A stretch of DNA of 64,000 nt from the human T2T-CHM13v2.0 reference genome, Homo sapiens, in NCBI RefSeq assembly GCF_009914755.1, contig NC_060929.1; one strand, 5' to 3'. This document shows positions 1-15,601 of the stretch, in pieces (the first letter of the stretch is position 1; each line of letters starts with the position of its first letter). The notes under the pieces are model-generated. The model was not told the origin of the DNA, did no database searches, and saw only the letters and a list, made by a program, of their open reading frames with translations. A program made the position numbers and the translations under genes.

Positions 1-112
1 CGGGGTTTCTCCATGTGGGTCAGGCTGGTCTCGAACTCCCGATCTCAGGTGATCTGCCCACCTCAGCCTCCCAAAGTGCTGAGATTACAGGCGTGAGCCA
101 CTGCACCTGGCC
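1..112 (-). mobile_element. Alu (AluS-type) left arm, cut by the window edge
   Basis: Reverse complement of the Alu 5' consensus (cctcccaaagtgctgagattacaggcgtgagccac). Confidence 0.92.
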
Positions 113-1167
113 ATGCCCTAAGCCTTTTTGTGGGAAAAATGACACCCACGTTTTGTGGAAAAAGACGCTGAGTTAGGGAATATCAAGAAAAAGTAAAGAA
201 CAAAAGTAACACTCCTCCCCCACAAATATATCCCCATTGTTTGTTGTTACGAAAGTCTTATTACCAACAGAAGAGACAATTGGAAGGATGGTTTTCTCAC
301 ATCCATCCCAGATGGTGTAGACACTGATCTTCCTAAAAGCAGACTCAACAAACATTTACTGACTGCTTAGGTATTGTTCTAAAAGGTGGGGATACAAATA
401 AAAATTATGTTTGTTGTAAGGATGGGCCAAAATTAGGGATTCTCCCCTTCTTAATGCAAATGCATATTTTCTTTCCTTTTTAGCACAATGAGATAAAAAT
501 ATCAGGACATCTGGAAACAAAGATTATCTGAAGGGTTTTATTCTCCCTTTATTTCCCATCAAATGCAGTGCTCTGAAGAGTGAGCTGCATTAATTGCCCA
601 AACAGCCTGGGTCCTGAGCTTGTGTGGCTCACGCAGTGATGGGAGAGGACAGCAGAGGGCTTGCTTGCAGGGTAGCCGAACCTCTCCAGGCACCACAGGC
701 TGGGACCTCGGGGCAGGGATGGTGAGTCTCTGGGGACAGCCAATTAAAACTGTTTAAATCTCATTTGAGACCATGAAGGACAACTTCTGATTTCCGCAGA
801 ACCACACAGAGCCAGCAAGCATGCCATCCAGAAGGAGCTTTAAGTGATGGCTTTGGAAACACATGCCCTTTTCACTTGCTGAGATCACTGAGCCTGTCTC
901 ACTGGGACCCTCGTGGACTTTGTGGCCACATTCTAATAATCCTATGAGAAGGAAAAATTGTCCTATGACCAACCAAGGTCTCAGCCTCAGTATGAGGTGT
1001 CTTCCCAAGGAAATCCAGTGATAATAATTCAGAAGATGAAGTCAGACACGCCAACAAGAAGGTATCAGGGAGTGTTTCAAGGAACCATGAGAGCATTGGA
1101 GCCTAGGTTTCCAAGAATGTAAATCCTTCATTTATCGAGGGCACTCAGTTACTCAAAAAAGAACAGA

Positions 1168-1460
<293 letters not shown>

Positions 1461-2624
1461 GAACAGAGACAACTGCTTTGATAATGGGTGGTGGTGGTAG
1501 GCGATTTTTTTTTCTCTTTTTTAAAATAAAAATGTTCGTTGTTGTCGCTGTAATATCATTTGAGAAAATTTTAAAATAAGAGACAACAAACACATGGCAG
1601 AAAGTAAATTTTCTGAAGATGCTGAGATGAACTTGACATTGCTAAATTATTTCTGGGCTCACTAAATTCCTTAGAAGGGATTTTTTTTAATTAACTTTTT
1701 TTTTTAACTTTTTTTCATTCTGACTTCAGTTTGCTTCACCAGCCATCTCCCCTGAAGTGACACCTTAGATTTTAAAAAATTGACAAGTCCTTAGGAAAAA
1801 AGCTATTAAAGCGTCCCTAAACCAGATGAAGGAATTTAGGGCCAGGCAGGTTAAATAACTTGCCCAGGGTTACACGGTCGGTGAAAGCATAGCAAAGTGG
1901 GGACCCGTACCCAGGGACATCTGAATTCAGAACCCAAGTTCCTAACAGTTATGCTCCCATGTCTCCTGTTTTGGTCTGCTGCTTTCCCTCATCCACCTCT
2001 CCTTGTGGGTCCACATTCCTTAGTTCAGAAAATAACCTCCATCACCAATATCTCCACCATAAAAAGCTACTTTATAAGGACGTAGGTCCTTCAGTCCATA
2101 CGAGAGGTGAGTGGAGCATGGAAATTTCTAGATGTCCAGAGACTGCCCATCTTTGGGATACTCTTGTCTGGGGAATGTGAGGGCAGGAGCCTGGGGTAGG
2201 ACAGATAGTAGGTTTGAGGCACAGTCTCCACTGTCTGTGAGTGCAGTGGCCTCATCACGGATCCCCCAGGCCTAGCACGGTGCTTGGTACCTGGCAGATG
2301 CTTTACAAGCATCTTCTGTGAGTAAATGCCGTGAGGAGAACTGCAGCAGACTTCAGAGAAACTTTGCATACTTAAGTTTTTGTGGCCTTTAATGAGGCCT
2401 GGTGAGAGGATTTAACCATAATTACTGCCAAACAGTTACTTCTTCAAGTGGACTGTTAGGATGAGGAGGGCAAGGGTTATAATTAAGACTTCTGTGTACC
2501 CTGGCATTTCAAAAAGCCCTAAGAGTACCCATCCCATCACACTCTGCTTTGATGCCCAAACTCTGCTTTGAAAGCAGCAGGACCCTTGGGCTCAGGAAAG
2601 CATGAGGTAGAAAATAGCAGGGGA

Positions 2625-3053
<429 letters not shown>

Positions 3054-4009
3054 GAGAAAACAGCAAGGGAGTGGCAGGGCAGGAGACATTCTGTGCCCAA
3101 CCAATGGGGAAAGCATATTTGTCTTTGTGGTTTGAAGTGTGGGTTGCATTTTCTGCTTTTTCCCAAAAAGCTAATGCAGAGCATAGCTATGGGGAAGTGC
3201 CAGGGATGGAAGCCTCAGGATCCATGAGAATGGTCAACCTAGCACCGGGGAAAAGGAAGAAAGACTCCTAAATACATGTCCCCACACTTGGGCTAAGCCA
3301 CCCCTCACTGGGTCTTCCTCAAAGGCAATCTGGACTGTGGTGGCTGGCCTTTGTATCCTAGAGAATGAATCTTTCCTTCTTAAATCCAGTCCAACTGAGG
3401 AAGTCCTACTGTCTGCTTCTTCTCCCCAGACATCTGCTTTGTATGTCTCCTATGTCATAATAGTGACAATGGTAACCATTTATTGGGTACCTCATGTGAG
3501 CCGGACATTATGCAAAGCACTTTGCTTGCATGTTCTGATTGAACCCTCACAAGAACCTCATGAGGTAGCCACTATTCTTGCCCCCTTTCATAGATAAGGA
3601 AACAAGGCTCAGAGGGATTAAGTCTGAGCATCCCACAGCCAATAAGTTACAATGCCAAAGCTCAAACCCACATCAGACAGCCCCAAAAGTCCATTCTGTT
3701 AGCCGTGGCTGCATAGTGCCTCAAGAAGCTACAAAAGTCCTCCTAACTGTGACTGCTCCCATGGGGTTCCTTTTAAGTAAGGCACTGGGACTCTCGGGTG
3801 CTCTAAGGACTTGAATTGATGATGTATGGGGGGTCCGCATTGGCTGGGGTTTTCCAAGGTTCTATGTAGATACTCTAAGTACCACCTTTTCTCCCCAACA
3901 GGGAGGCCACCTGGCAAATGTTCCCACAGGAACTTCTCTTCAACAAACAGGGCTTATGGAAAAACATTTTACATCTGGTAAACAACTCTTAAAAACCCTT
4001 CAGAATAAC

Positions 4010-6710
4010 ATTGTAAGCATTTAAGAAATAGAATCAGCAATTTAAAATCTTCCTATACAGAAAACTCCAGACCCAGACAGATTTACTGGTGAGTTCTTTC
4101 ACACTTTCAAGGAAGAGATAATTTAACTATTATATAAATTCTTCCAAAGAATGGAAGAAAACTTTCCCCGACTCACTTCATAAGATTAGGATAGCCTTAC
4201 TATCAAAACCAGGAAAAGACAACATAAGAAAGGAAAAGTATAGTTCTGCTTCACTCAGGAACACAGATGCAAAAATCCTCAAGTATATGTTAGGAAAACA
4301 AACCCAGAAATGCAGGGAAATGGCATATATCATGATCAAGTTGGGTTTTTCTCCAAGATTGAATGGTTGGTTTAGCATTAGAAAATTAACTGATATACTT
4401 TATCACATTAACAGATTAAAGGAGAAAAAAATGTGATATTTTTAACAGGTACAGAAAATGTTTGATAAAATTTTATGTCCATTCATTATATATTAAAAAG
4501 TCTTAGCAAACTAGGAATAAAAAGAAACTTACTTAATGTGATTAATGGAATCTATTTAAATCAGTGGCAAACATCATACTTAATGGTGAAATGTTGAAGG
4601 CATTTCCTTTAAGATTAAAAAAAAGAACAAAATGCCCATTTTCATGTTTCTGCTCAACACTGTCCCAGAGGGCCTGGCCAGCACAGTAAGGCAGGAAAAA
4701 GAAGTAAAAGGTTAAGTCTTTGAAAGGAAGAAATATAACTGTCATTATTTGCAGATGATACTATTGTCTATATAGAGAACTCAAAAGAATCTAGAAAAAA
4801 TGTAATGGGAATAAACATGAGCTTATCAAGGTTGCTGAATACAAATCAATATAAGAAAGTCAAGTTCATCTCTGTACACTAAATAGAAAAATGATTTTTA
4901 AAAAGGTACCATTAACAGGAGCAACTAAATTGTTTAAATCTCTAGGAATAAATATAACAAGACATGCAAGACCTTTATTGAGAAAATTTATAAAACATCA
5001 TTGAAAGACATTAAAGAGGCTCTAACATAAGTGGAGAATTATGCAATGTTCTTGGATGGGACGACTTAATATTTAAAGATGTTGCTTCTCCCCCAAATTT
5101 AACCATGAATTCAAATCCCAGTGGGTCTGTTTGCTGTTTGTTTTTATGAAACTCAAAAGGTGATTCTAAGATTCAAATGGAAGAACAAAAACGCCAAGTG
5201 CCAAGACACTTCTGACGAAGAAGATGAAATTTGGTTGGGGTAAAGAATTGGACTTACCCAATCAGATTTCCATTTTTATTTCAAAGCTAATTAAGATGGC
5301 ATGGATCTAGCATAGGGATTCTATTAAACCAATGGAACATGCTGGAGAACCTAGAAACAGACACAGCATAGAGGCTTGATTTATGACAGAGCAGACTTTG
5401 CAGATCAGAAGGGAAGGATGAACTATGGTGCTGGGCTAATTGGGTATCCATGAGGAAAAAGATGAAATTGGATTCCTCCCTTGTCAAAAATCAATTCCAG
5501 GTGGATTAAAGACTTAAATGTGAAAGGCAAAACTATAAAACTTTTAGAAGACAGTATAGAAGTATATCCTTATGACCTTGGGAGGAAAAAAAACTTATTG
5601 AAGACTGTTTAAAAACGTGAACCATAGGAAATATATTGTGAATTTGACTATATGAAAAATCAGAACTTCAGTTCATCAAAAGACACCACAGAGTAAAAAT
5701 ACAAGCTACAAAGAATTCATATCCAATATATTAGAACTCCATAATTTAATACAAAAATAATAAATAACCCCATGGAAGAGCAGGATACGAAGGGCATGAA
5801 CAGGCATTTCATATAACAAGAATGGCCCATAAATATTTGAAAAAAAAAAACAAACTAAAGCTCACTGGTACTCAGAGAAATTAATTTAAAACCACAATCA
5901 GATAGCATTTCACACCCACCCAATCAGCAGGTATTAAAAAGCCAGGCCTTACCACATGCTGGTGAGACTGTGGGGTAACAGTAATTGTCATTCACTGCTG
6001 GTGGAAGTGTAAATTGTTACAGCCACATTGGGAAACAGTGTGTTATTGCCCAATAAAACTGAACAGGCTCATACCCTTTGGCCCATCAATTCCACTCCTA
6101 GACGCATATCCTGGAGAAATTCTTGCCCATGTGCACAGGGGACATGTACAAAAATGTTCATAGTAACATCACTCATAACAGCCCCAAACTGAAAATTGCC
6201 CAAATGACACATAACTGACAGAATGGTTAAATGGTGGTATAGTCACAGAACGAAATGTAAGAATCAGCAGTGAAAATTAGCCACAAATATATGCGAAAAC
6301 TTCCTGTTAAGCAAAAGATGCAAGTCACAGAATACACACATTGTGAGTCCATTCATACAATGTTCACAGATAGACAAAACTAAACAACATACTGTTTAGG
6401 GATATATGCCAAGGTGGTAACAACATAGAAAAGACTTGGAATGATTAACACAAACTTCAGCATTGTAGCTACCTCTGGCATAACTTGGGAGAGAGACTTG
6501 ATTATGGGGGAATATGCAGAGGGCTTCTAAGCACAATATTCAACTTCTATTTTTATTGTATTTCTTAAGTTGGGTGGTATGTATGCAGGTGTCTGTTTTA
6601 CGGGTGGTATGTATTCAGGTATCTGTTATATTATTATTCTTTAAATGACACACAAAATATATATACTTATCCGTATGCAAAATATATTTATAATTTTACA
6701 TTTTAATAAC
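4010..6710 (+). mobile_element. Old, degraded L1 (L1M-type) covering 3' ORF2 and the 3'UTR
   Basis: A-rich; recognisable L1 ORF2 remnants (acagatgcaaaaatcctcaa, ttatttgcagatgat, ggattaaagacttaaatgtgaaa, caattccactcctag); no intact ORF. Confidence 0.88.
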
Positions 6711-8002
6711 AAAGGGAAGTTACAGTCAGACCAGAAGTGGGAAGTGGGAAGTAACAGGTAGGGGGGTGGCCAGGAGAAGTGCAAGGTCAGGGGTGTGGCC
6801 TGCTCAAAGAGCTAAGAAAAGACCCCACTGAAGTTGAGGGGGAAGGGAATGGAGAAAGGTGAGGCTGGAGAGCAAAACTGGAGCAGATCACAGAGGATCT
6901 TCCAAATTTTGATGACTACTTGGGAACTGTAAATTCAGTAGTCTTCACAGAGTTATGCAATATAACCCCTGCAGACCTGGCCATGTACTTCAGAAAAAAA
7001 AGTATTTTTGAGATGAACCTAAAGGGACCTGCTGACAGCTCATAAATGAGTTCTCTATCTCAGACAGTGTTTTTACTCTCAGGACAAATAAATAGCTCTG
7101 GGTGGCTGCTCCTTGCTCATCAAGAACAGGGAGGGTTGCAGGCAGGGCTGGCTCTGAAATAGGCGTAGATAGAGAAGGGCTGATAGCCTCCTGGCAGCCG
7201 AAGCTCTGACTCCCTCTGCTCTGCCCTGCCAGGGAAAGGACAAGAAAAACAAGCACAGACAGCTTCATATTCCACTTGCCTGCAGACCTATTCCATATTA
7301 CTAGGGACACGTGACAGGAACGGTGGTCATCCTGTCCACGAGCATAAACACACATGCCTCCTCCATATGACCCCTTTAGCCACACTGAGATCTGGACACG
7401 TTAACCTTGGGCTCTACAGAAAGGACTCTGAGCCTAGGGTCCTTGCTTCTGGCATCAAGCTGTCCACCCATTTGGCCACTTCCTGAAAATTGTGAAATCT
7501 TTTTATCTCAGTTTCTCCATCTATAAAAATGGGGATAATGACCATGGGGCCCATGTATAAATTAGCACTGGAGTCATAGCATGTGAGGGTGAAGCAGCCC
7601 TTGGAGGTCCAGGCAAGCCTCTTGTGCTAGCTCCCAGAGCGTCCTGATCTTCCCCGACCCCAACACGCTCAGGCTTACACAGCATAGTTATAGGTGTCAC
7701 TGAGTATGAGTATGTTACACAGTATGTTACAGGAGCTTCCTGGCATACACTGTGAGCTCCACATGAGAACGGAGCCCTGCGTGTCCTGCTTATTGCAGTA
7801 ACCCCAGTGCCTAGCACGGTGCCTAGGACCCAATAAGGTCCACACACAGCAATTACCAAATGTGGCTCTTAACTTGTTTTGAGTCTATAGAAGGGAATGA
7901 GCTTTTAACTTTATAAAGTCAGATGGTCAACTCCAGATTGTCCCTAGTGGTGGGTACAGAAACTACCAATACCTAATTTTCTATCTCTAAAATGCAGCCC
8001 TA

Positions 8003-8323
<321 letters not shown>

Positions 8324-8711
8324 TCAACTCTGAGTGAACACTGTAGGTTCAAGGCCCTTGTTAGTTTTGGGGAATACCAAGTGTAGTGCCATACCAGCTC
8401 TAGAGTAGTTCACACTTTGCTGGGGAAGACAGTCACCCCATACCCGCCAAGTTACCGCAAGGCAAGAGCCCTGGAGGAAATAGCTGAGAGCCACGGCATG
8501 GGATGGAGAAAAACAAACTTACATTTGGAAAGGTGGAGAGGTTTTCTGCTAGAAGAGAGAAGCAAGGTTGCTACAGACACTCTTCCCCATGCCCACCACA
8601 TTCTTGGGTCCTGCTCTCAGTCCAAGACCTTGCCAGGCTGTACCATAAAAGGCACCCCACCCACTCTGTCCCCACCCTATGCAGTAACTAATCTCTTTGC
8701 AGATCAAAATA

Positions 8712-8900
8712 AGTAATATCTATTGAGCACTTACATTGCGTCAAACCCTGTGCTAAATAGTTTATATGGATTACTTTATTTAACCCTCATAACAACTCTA
8801 AGAGAGAAATACCATTATTGCCCCATTTTATAGATTTTGAAGAAATGGAGGATCCACAGAATTCAATCACTTGTCCAAGATCACAGGTTCTGGTAGATGG
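8712..8900 (-). mobile_element. MIR
   Basis: MIR core (tattgagcactta...taaccctcataacaac...ccccattttatagat). Confidence 0.7.
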
Positions 8901-9814
8901 TAGAGCCACTGGCCTGAGTCCTAAGTTAGACCTCCTCTCTGGACTCCTAAGAGGTAGCTGCATTTTCTATACCTGAGTGGCTGATGGTGAAGGCAGCAGG
9001 GCCAGCAGGGCAGAGCATTGCCAGCAACTCTGTGCCAGGAGGCTTCATACCCTCTTCCTCCCTCACTTAGCACCTGAAAACCTGGAAATTCCCAGAAGCC
9101 ATATAACTGTGGATTCTGCTGTGGTTGATAAAGACTTCTTTTAAGTGAGTCATTTCCTTCAAAAGGGAGGGAAAAAAATGTGTTTAGATTTCAGCAAGAA
9201 TGCCCTTCCCCACCACACCCGCACACCCTTACTTACCCCGATCTGGCTCAGGACTCGGAACCCTGTGCCAGGGAGCATCAGTTGGTGGAGAACCTCCCAT
9301 CCAGCCTCACAAACTCCTTGTGGCACAGGCACCTGAGGTCACAATTGACCCCAGGGAAAGGAACCAGGGCCAGGCCCATTCATTCAGAAAGGCTGGGCCT
9401 CCTTCTTCGATCCCAGTGACAGGAGCAGACTTGCCTCCTCAGAAGCTGGCCATCTGTCTGGTTATCTTCACTTACTGGGTGGGGCCTTCCTTTCTGTCTT
9501 GTTCTGCCTGTCTTCTTTCCCACCCAGTTTCTCTCTTCTCTGCCTATGTCTATCTTGTTCTCTTTTCCTGTCTCTCCAGTCATTCATTCGTTCATTTTTC
9601 CTTTGCCTTATTGATTGAGCCTCTGATCCATAGGTTCCCATTCTTGGTTTCTCTCCTATTCAGGTGGCCCCCTACCATGAGGGTTACTTGCTAGCTGCCC
9701 TCTGTGAAGCTGAGCGATTCTCATCCCCTTCCCTAATTCCAGACCTCGAGCTGAGTCAAGCTAAGGCCTCTTGGATGTTTCCTGTGGCCTTAACTAGATA
9801 ATGTATTCACGTTT

Positions 9815-10950
<1,136 letters not shown>

Positions 10951-11654
10951 GAGTTTCTCCAAACTGTTTTTATCTCCCTCTCTTCTCCTTCCTTCCTCCC
11001 TCTGTCCCTCTGCAGCTATCGTTCTCCCACAGTATCTCTGTCCCAGTTTTACCCTATGCCATTCTCAGGGTCTTCCACTATCTCCCCCTCACCCCTCTTC
11101 TTCATTGTCTCCTTCTCATGTCGTCCTTTCTCTTCTCCTCCAGGACACTTTAAAACCTGAGAAGCTAACATCCTTTCCCATTCCCTATTAGAAATAATGT
11201 CATCACAAGCCCACAGGTTACTGTCCTGGCCAGGCTCACTGTTCCAAGTAGGGGAAACATGCCCTCCCCAGATAAAGGCCCAGAGAAGTAAAAAGACAGA
11301 CTCTAGTGTAATGAAAAGATGGCTTTGCATTCTGGCCTTTTCTGCCTCCCTAAAGGATTAATGGTGTTTGTGGATAGCAGTTCTTTTACTCAAACATAAT
11401 ATTGGAAATCCAAGAGTGTTAAGTGAAGTCCATCCCGTTTAATCAGTGTTCCAACAGTTTCCACATACATAAGCCCTGTAGGGGTTTAACCTTCCCCAAT
11501 CATAGGCAAGGAGCAGCCTAGCCCAAAGCCAGCTCCTTGTCATGTCTGTTTGAAGGAACCAGTGTGACAATATCTGATTACAAACTCAGAACACTTTATG
11601 CAGTGCTAAGAGTTCCTCAGGAGAGTGATTGTGGAATGGTTTCATTCTTCTTAA

Positions 11655-12332
11655 TGCTTTATTATTGAGATATCATTCACCTACCATACAATTCACCCAT
11701 TTAAGGTGTACAACTCAGTGGTTTTTAGTATATTCACAGATGTATAGCCATTACCATTACAATTTTAGGATATTCTATCACTTCAAAAAGAAACCTTGTG
11801 CCATTTAGCTATCACCTCATATTCCCCATCATCCCAACCCTTGGAAATTATCATCTATTTTCTATCTCTGTAGATTGACTTATTCTGGACATTTCATATA
11901 AATGGAATCAACTAATATGTGGTCTTTTGTGTCTGGCTTCTTTCACTTAGCATAATGTTTTCAAGGTTCATCCATGTTCTCTTATGTATCAATACTTCAT
12001 TCTTCTTTATGGCTGAATAATATTTCATTGTATGGTTGTACCATATTTTGTTTATCCACTCATTAATGAGTAGACATTTGAGTTGTTTCCCACTTTGGGT
12101 TATTATGAATAATGCTGCTGAAACATTTGCCTATAAGTTTTTGTGTGGACACATGTTTTCATTTCTTTTGAGCATACACTAGAAACAGATTGACTGGGTC
12201 ATATGGTAATCCTATGTTTAATCATATTAGGAATTGCCAGACTGTTCTGCATAGAGGCTGTACCATTTTACATTCCAACCAGCAATGTATGAGGGTTTCC
12301 ATTTTTATACCTCCTCCCCAACACTTATTATT
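11655..12332 (-). mobile_element. L1 (L1MA/MB-type) 3' end fragment
   Basis: ttctggacatttcatataaatggaatca...tggcttctttcacttagcataatgttttcaaggttcatccatgtt. Confidence 0.88.
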
Positions 12333-13106
12333 TGACTAAAGTGGTTTTTTGATCCTACAACTTGATCTTTGGACTGTCACAATTACATACATGACCACAC
12401 ATACATTTACGCAATCATTGACATAGACACATGTACAAAATTACGTGGTGGGCATACTCGTACACACCTCTAGAGTTCACATACATACACACAGAATCTC
12501 ATAATCACAATCCTTTATACAATTGTGTCTGCAATCCCACATCAGCACATATAGCATACACACATCAATCCATAGACCACATGTGTGAACAAAACAAGAT
12601 TTGCAATGGACCAATGCCATCACACATGTACATTAAATTGCCATGGGCCTTGAGCAAACATACATGTTTGCTCAAAACAAAGGGACATATGTATTTAATA
12701 ATGCACTCACACCTACATAAACACAAATACACAAACAATAGTTGTACCCACAAAAGCATAGTCCCTAAAAAGGCACACACAGAGTTACCATCATTTATCA
12801 GTAGATGACTGAAAACAGACTGAATGTATTTACTCTGGATGGCATGGAGAAGGTTTCATTATCCTTGGTGTACTAGGTAGGAAGACCTTTTCATTCATTC
12901 CTTCACTCATTCCTTTGTTCTTTAAGCTACAAGTACGTATTGAGCATGCAGAAATACAATGATGAACCAGACTTACATAGTCCCTGCCCTCATGGAATTT
13001 ACAGTCTAGCAAGGAAACACTCACAATCTGTGATATGTGCTCAGAAGGAAATAAGCAAGGCAATATGTTTGCCAAAGCCCTAGGATAGTAGGCAGTTTAC
13101 AGGAAC

Positions 13107-13394
13107 TTTTTTTTTTTTTTGAGATAGGGTCTCACTCTTTCACCCAGGTTGGAGTGCAGTGGCACAACCATGGCTCACTGTAACCTTGACCTCCCAGGCT
13201 CAAGCGAACTTCCCATCTCAGCCTCCTGAGTAGCTGGAATGACAGGCACCTGCCATCACACCCAGCTAATTTTTTTAAAAGAGATGGGATCTTACTATGT
13301 TTCCCAGGCTGGTCTAGAATTCCTGGTTCAAGCGATTCTCCCAGCTCAGCTTCCCAAAGTGCTAGGTTTATAGGCATGAGGCACTGAGCCCGGC
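13107..13394 (-). mobile_element. AluJ-type element
   Basis: Poly(T) followed by a reverse Alu dimer. Confidence 0.9.
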
Positions 13395-13491
13395 CTTCCA
13401 GGAGCTTTTATCATTTTATCATTATTGTTTCCTCTTTTATCCTAGAAAAGTGAAAGGGATTCAAATTCAACTACTATAAGTCATTGGATAG

Positions 13492-13493
<2 letters not shown>

Positions 13494-13533
<40 letters not shown>
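13494..13533. repeat. (GT)n microsatellite, about 20 units
   Basis: Perfect GT dinucleotide run. Confidence 0.97.
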
Positions 13534-13535
<2 letters not shown>

Positions 13536-14126
13536 CTAGCAATAGTCAATAATAAGAATATGGGCTCAGAACTTGGACTACCTGATTTTAGATTTTCTTT
13601 GTTTCATACTAATTGTGTGACCTTTCTTTCCCTCTTTGTCTCAGTTTCTCATCCAAATATGGGGATTATAACAATTCCTTTAATAAGGATTAACTTAGCT
13701 GATACTTATAGAGTACTTAAAACTGCCTAGTAATTGCTCAGTTCTGAATCAATATTAGCCACCATTTCATTTTCCAAGAGCAGGTTTTCATAGAGGGAGA
13801 TGGGTGGGGTGGGGAGAGGGACAGGAGGAGGAGCCTGTGTAGTGCCCTGTGGACTGTAAATTGGACGGCTCTTCATCTTCCACCCTATCTGAGCAGTCTT
13901 TTGGAATGCAGTCCTGGCAAGCCACCCCACCAGGCCATAAACCAGCTCCTCCCCACCTCCCTGTGCCCACAGCCACAAACCACAGAGAGGACGCACAATG
14001 GGTGGCACCAGGCATGGCTGTTGGTTTTCAGCTGTGTCAGGTCTTTCTACGTAGCTGCTCTGTTTGCTGTGGGCCTGGGTTGTGGCATTCATTGGTTCTG
14101 CTTGGCTGTCTTTTCTGTCTGTGCAG

Positions 14127-14218
14127 GTCAGCACTTATCACCCCGCACCTGTCTCTCCAGGACATTCCACAGCCGTGGTCAGTCTGCCTGGCTCCCAGCA
14201 ACACCTCTCAGCGAACAT
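14127..14218 (+). CDS. SH3RF2: SH3RF2 internal coding exon (probably exon 6), [30 protein letters not shown](M)
   Basis: Acceptor ttttctgtctgtgcag| and donor AT|gtgagt; 92 nt, phase 0 to 2. AT plus the first G of the next exon gives ATG. Peptide matches recalled human SH3RF2; this frame is not in the ORF track. Confidence 0.93.
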
Positions 14219-14385
14219 GTGAGTAAAAGGCTCATCCCTTCACCCAAGTCCTGGCACAAAGGGGTCATCTTTACCATGTACAGTGGTGATCTAGCATCAC
14301 CATTCCCAAAACATCCCAACCAGAGACAATAGGTCGCCTTCCTTTACCACTTCCAAGTGAAATAATGGTGAAAAACAGAAATTAG

Positions 14386-14683
14386 GGCCAGGCGCAGTGG
14401 CTCACACCTGTAATCCCAGCACTTCAGTAAGCTGAGGCAGGAGGATTGCTTGAACCCAGGAGTTCCAAACCTGCCTGAGCAACATAGTGAGACCTCATCT
14501 CTACAAAAAAAATTTAAAAATTAGCCAGGAATGGTTGTGCACATATATTTTCCTAGCTACTTAGGAGGCTGAGGCAGGAGGATGGGTTGAGCCCAGGAGT
14601 TTGAGGCATCAGTGAGCTATGATCATCCCACTGCTCTCCAGCCTGGGCCACAGAGTGAGACCCTGTCTCAAAAAAAAAAAAAA
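14386..14683 (+). mobile_element. AluJ-type element
   Basis: Alu dimer with poly(A). Confidence 0.9.
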
Positions 14684-15171
14684 GACAACACAAATTAGCA
14701 AACCACATCACTCTTAGCTCATTATTTTACAAAAGTAGAAAGAGACTGGAAGATTATATACCACAACATCACTGGGAGATTGGGTATTGAGCAATTTCTA
14801 TTGTCTTGCTTTAGATTCAGAATGTTGGGTCATAAATACATGTTGTTTAGTAAACAGCAAAAAATAAATATAGCATTTTAGAAAGAAAAAACAAAACAAA
14901 AAAAACCTTGTAGAGAACACTCCCCCATTCCCTTTGATAAAACGCTCCAATGTCTCACAGTCCTTGGAGTCTGGAGGGACTTCCTGATGTCTGAGATGCC
15001 TGGAGGCCATATACTGGTGATCCCTGAATCTGGCAAACCAATGGATTGTTTCCTGAATGCCTTTGATCAGGTAGCTATTCCCACCTCCACAGCCTCATCA
15101 GTCCTGATTGTCTTTACCCCCTGACTCATACTTGGATATTACCTGCCTGATTCCTGTGTGGACTTCAGTCA

Positions 15172-15310
15172 CAGCTAATTTTTTGTATTTTTAGTAGAGA
15201 TGGTATTTCACCATGTTGGCCAGGCTGGTCTCGAACTCCTGACCTCAGGTGATCCACCTGCCTTGGCCTCCCGAACTGCTGGGATTAGAGGTGAGAACCA
15301 CCGCACCCGC
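15172..15310 (-). mobile_element. Alu fragment (left arm and linker)
   Basis: agctaattttttgtatttttagtagagatgg...cctgacctcaggtgatccacc. Confidence 0.88.
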
Positions 15311-15430
15311 TCGACCAAGAAGGTTCTTATTGCTAACCACTGGGCAGTCTCTCTCCACCATTCCCCCACTCCATGCCCCCCATCAGGCACGTCTTCCTTC
15401 CTCCCTCACCAGTTCTCTGTGTCTTCCCAG

Positions 15431-15601
15431 GTTTGTAGCCCTGCACTCCTACTCAGCCCATGGACCCGATGAGCTGGACCTGCAAAAGGGAGAAGGCGTC
15501 AGGGTCCTGGGGAAGTGCCAGGACGGCTGGCTCAGGGGCGTCTCCTTGGTCACCGGGCGAGTCGGCATCTTCCCAAACAATTACGTCATCCCCATTTTCA
15601 G
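15431..15601 (+). CDS. SH3RF2: SH3RF2 exon (probably 7) encoding the third SH3 domain, [56 protein letters not shown](R)
   Basis: Clear SH3 signature (ALxxY...EL...G...GW.G...G.FPxNYV); acceptor ttctctgtgtcttcccag|, donor AG|gtgtgt; 171 nt, phase 2 to 2. Confidence 0.97.

Noticed and set aside
4010-6710. L1 ORF2 as a functional reverse transcriptase gene
   Set aside because: Heavily interrupted by stops and indels; no long + strand ORF.
9145-9694. 164-aa ORF (9200..9694) and overlapping ORFs
   Set aside because: No recognisable domain, the 3' half is a pyrimidine-rich low-complexity tract, and the SH3RF2 exon chain has no gap that needs it.
12380-12808. His/Thr-rich 125-aa ORF
   Set aside because: Arises from degenerate CA-rich low-complexity sequence.
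13727-14332. ORFs overlapping the 92-nt exon in other frames or on the other strand
   Set aside because: Only the VSTYHPAP frame joins in phase to the SH3 exon; the others are shadows.
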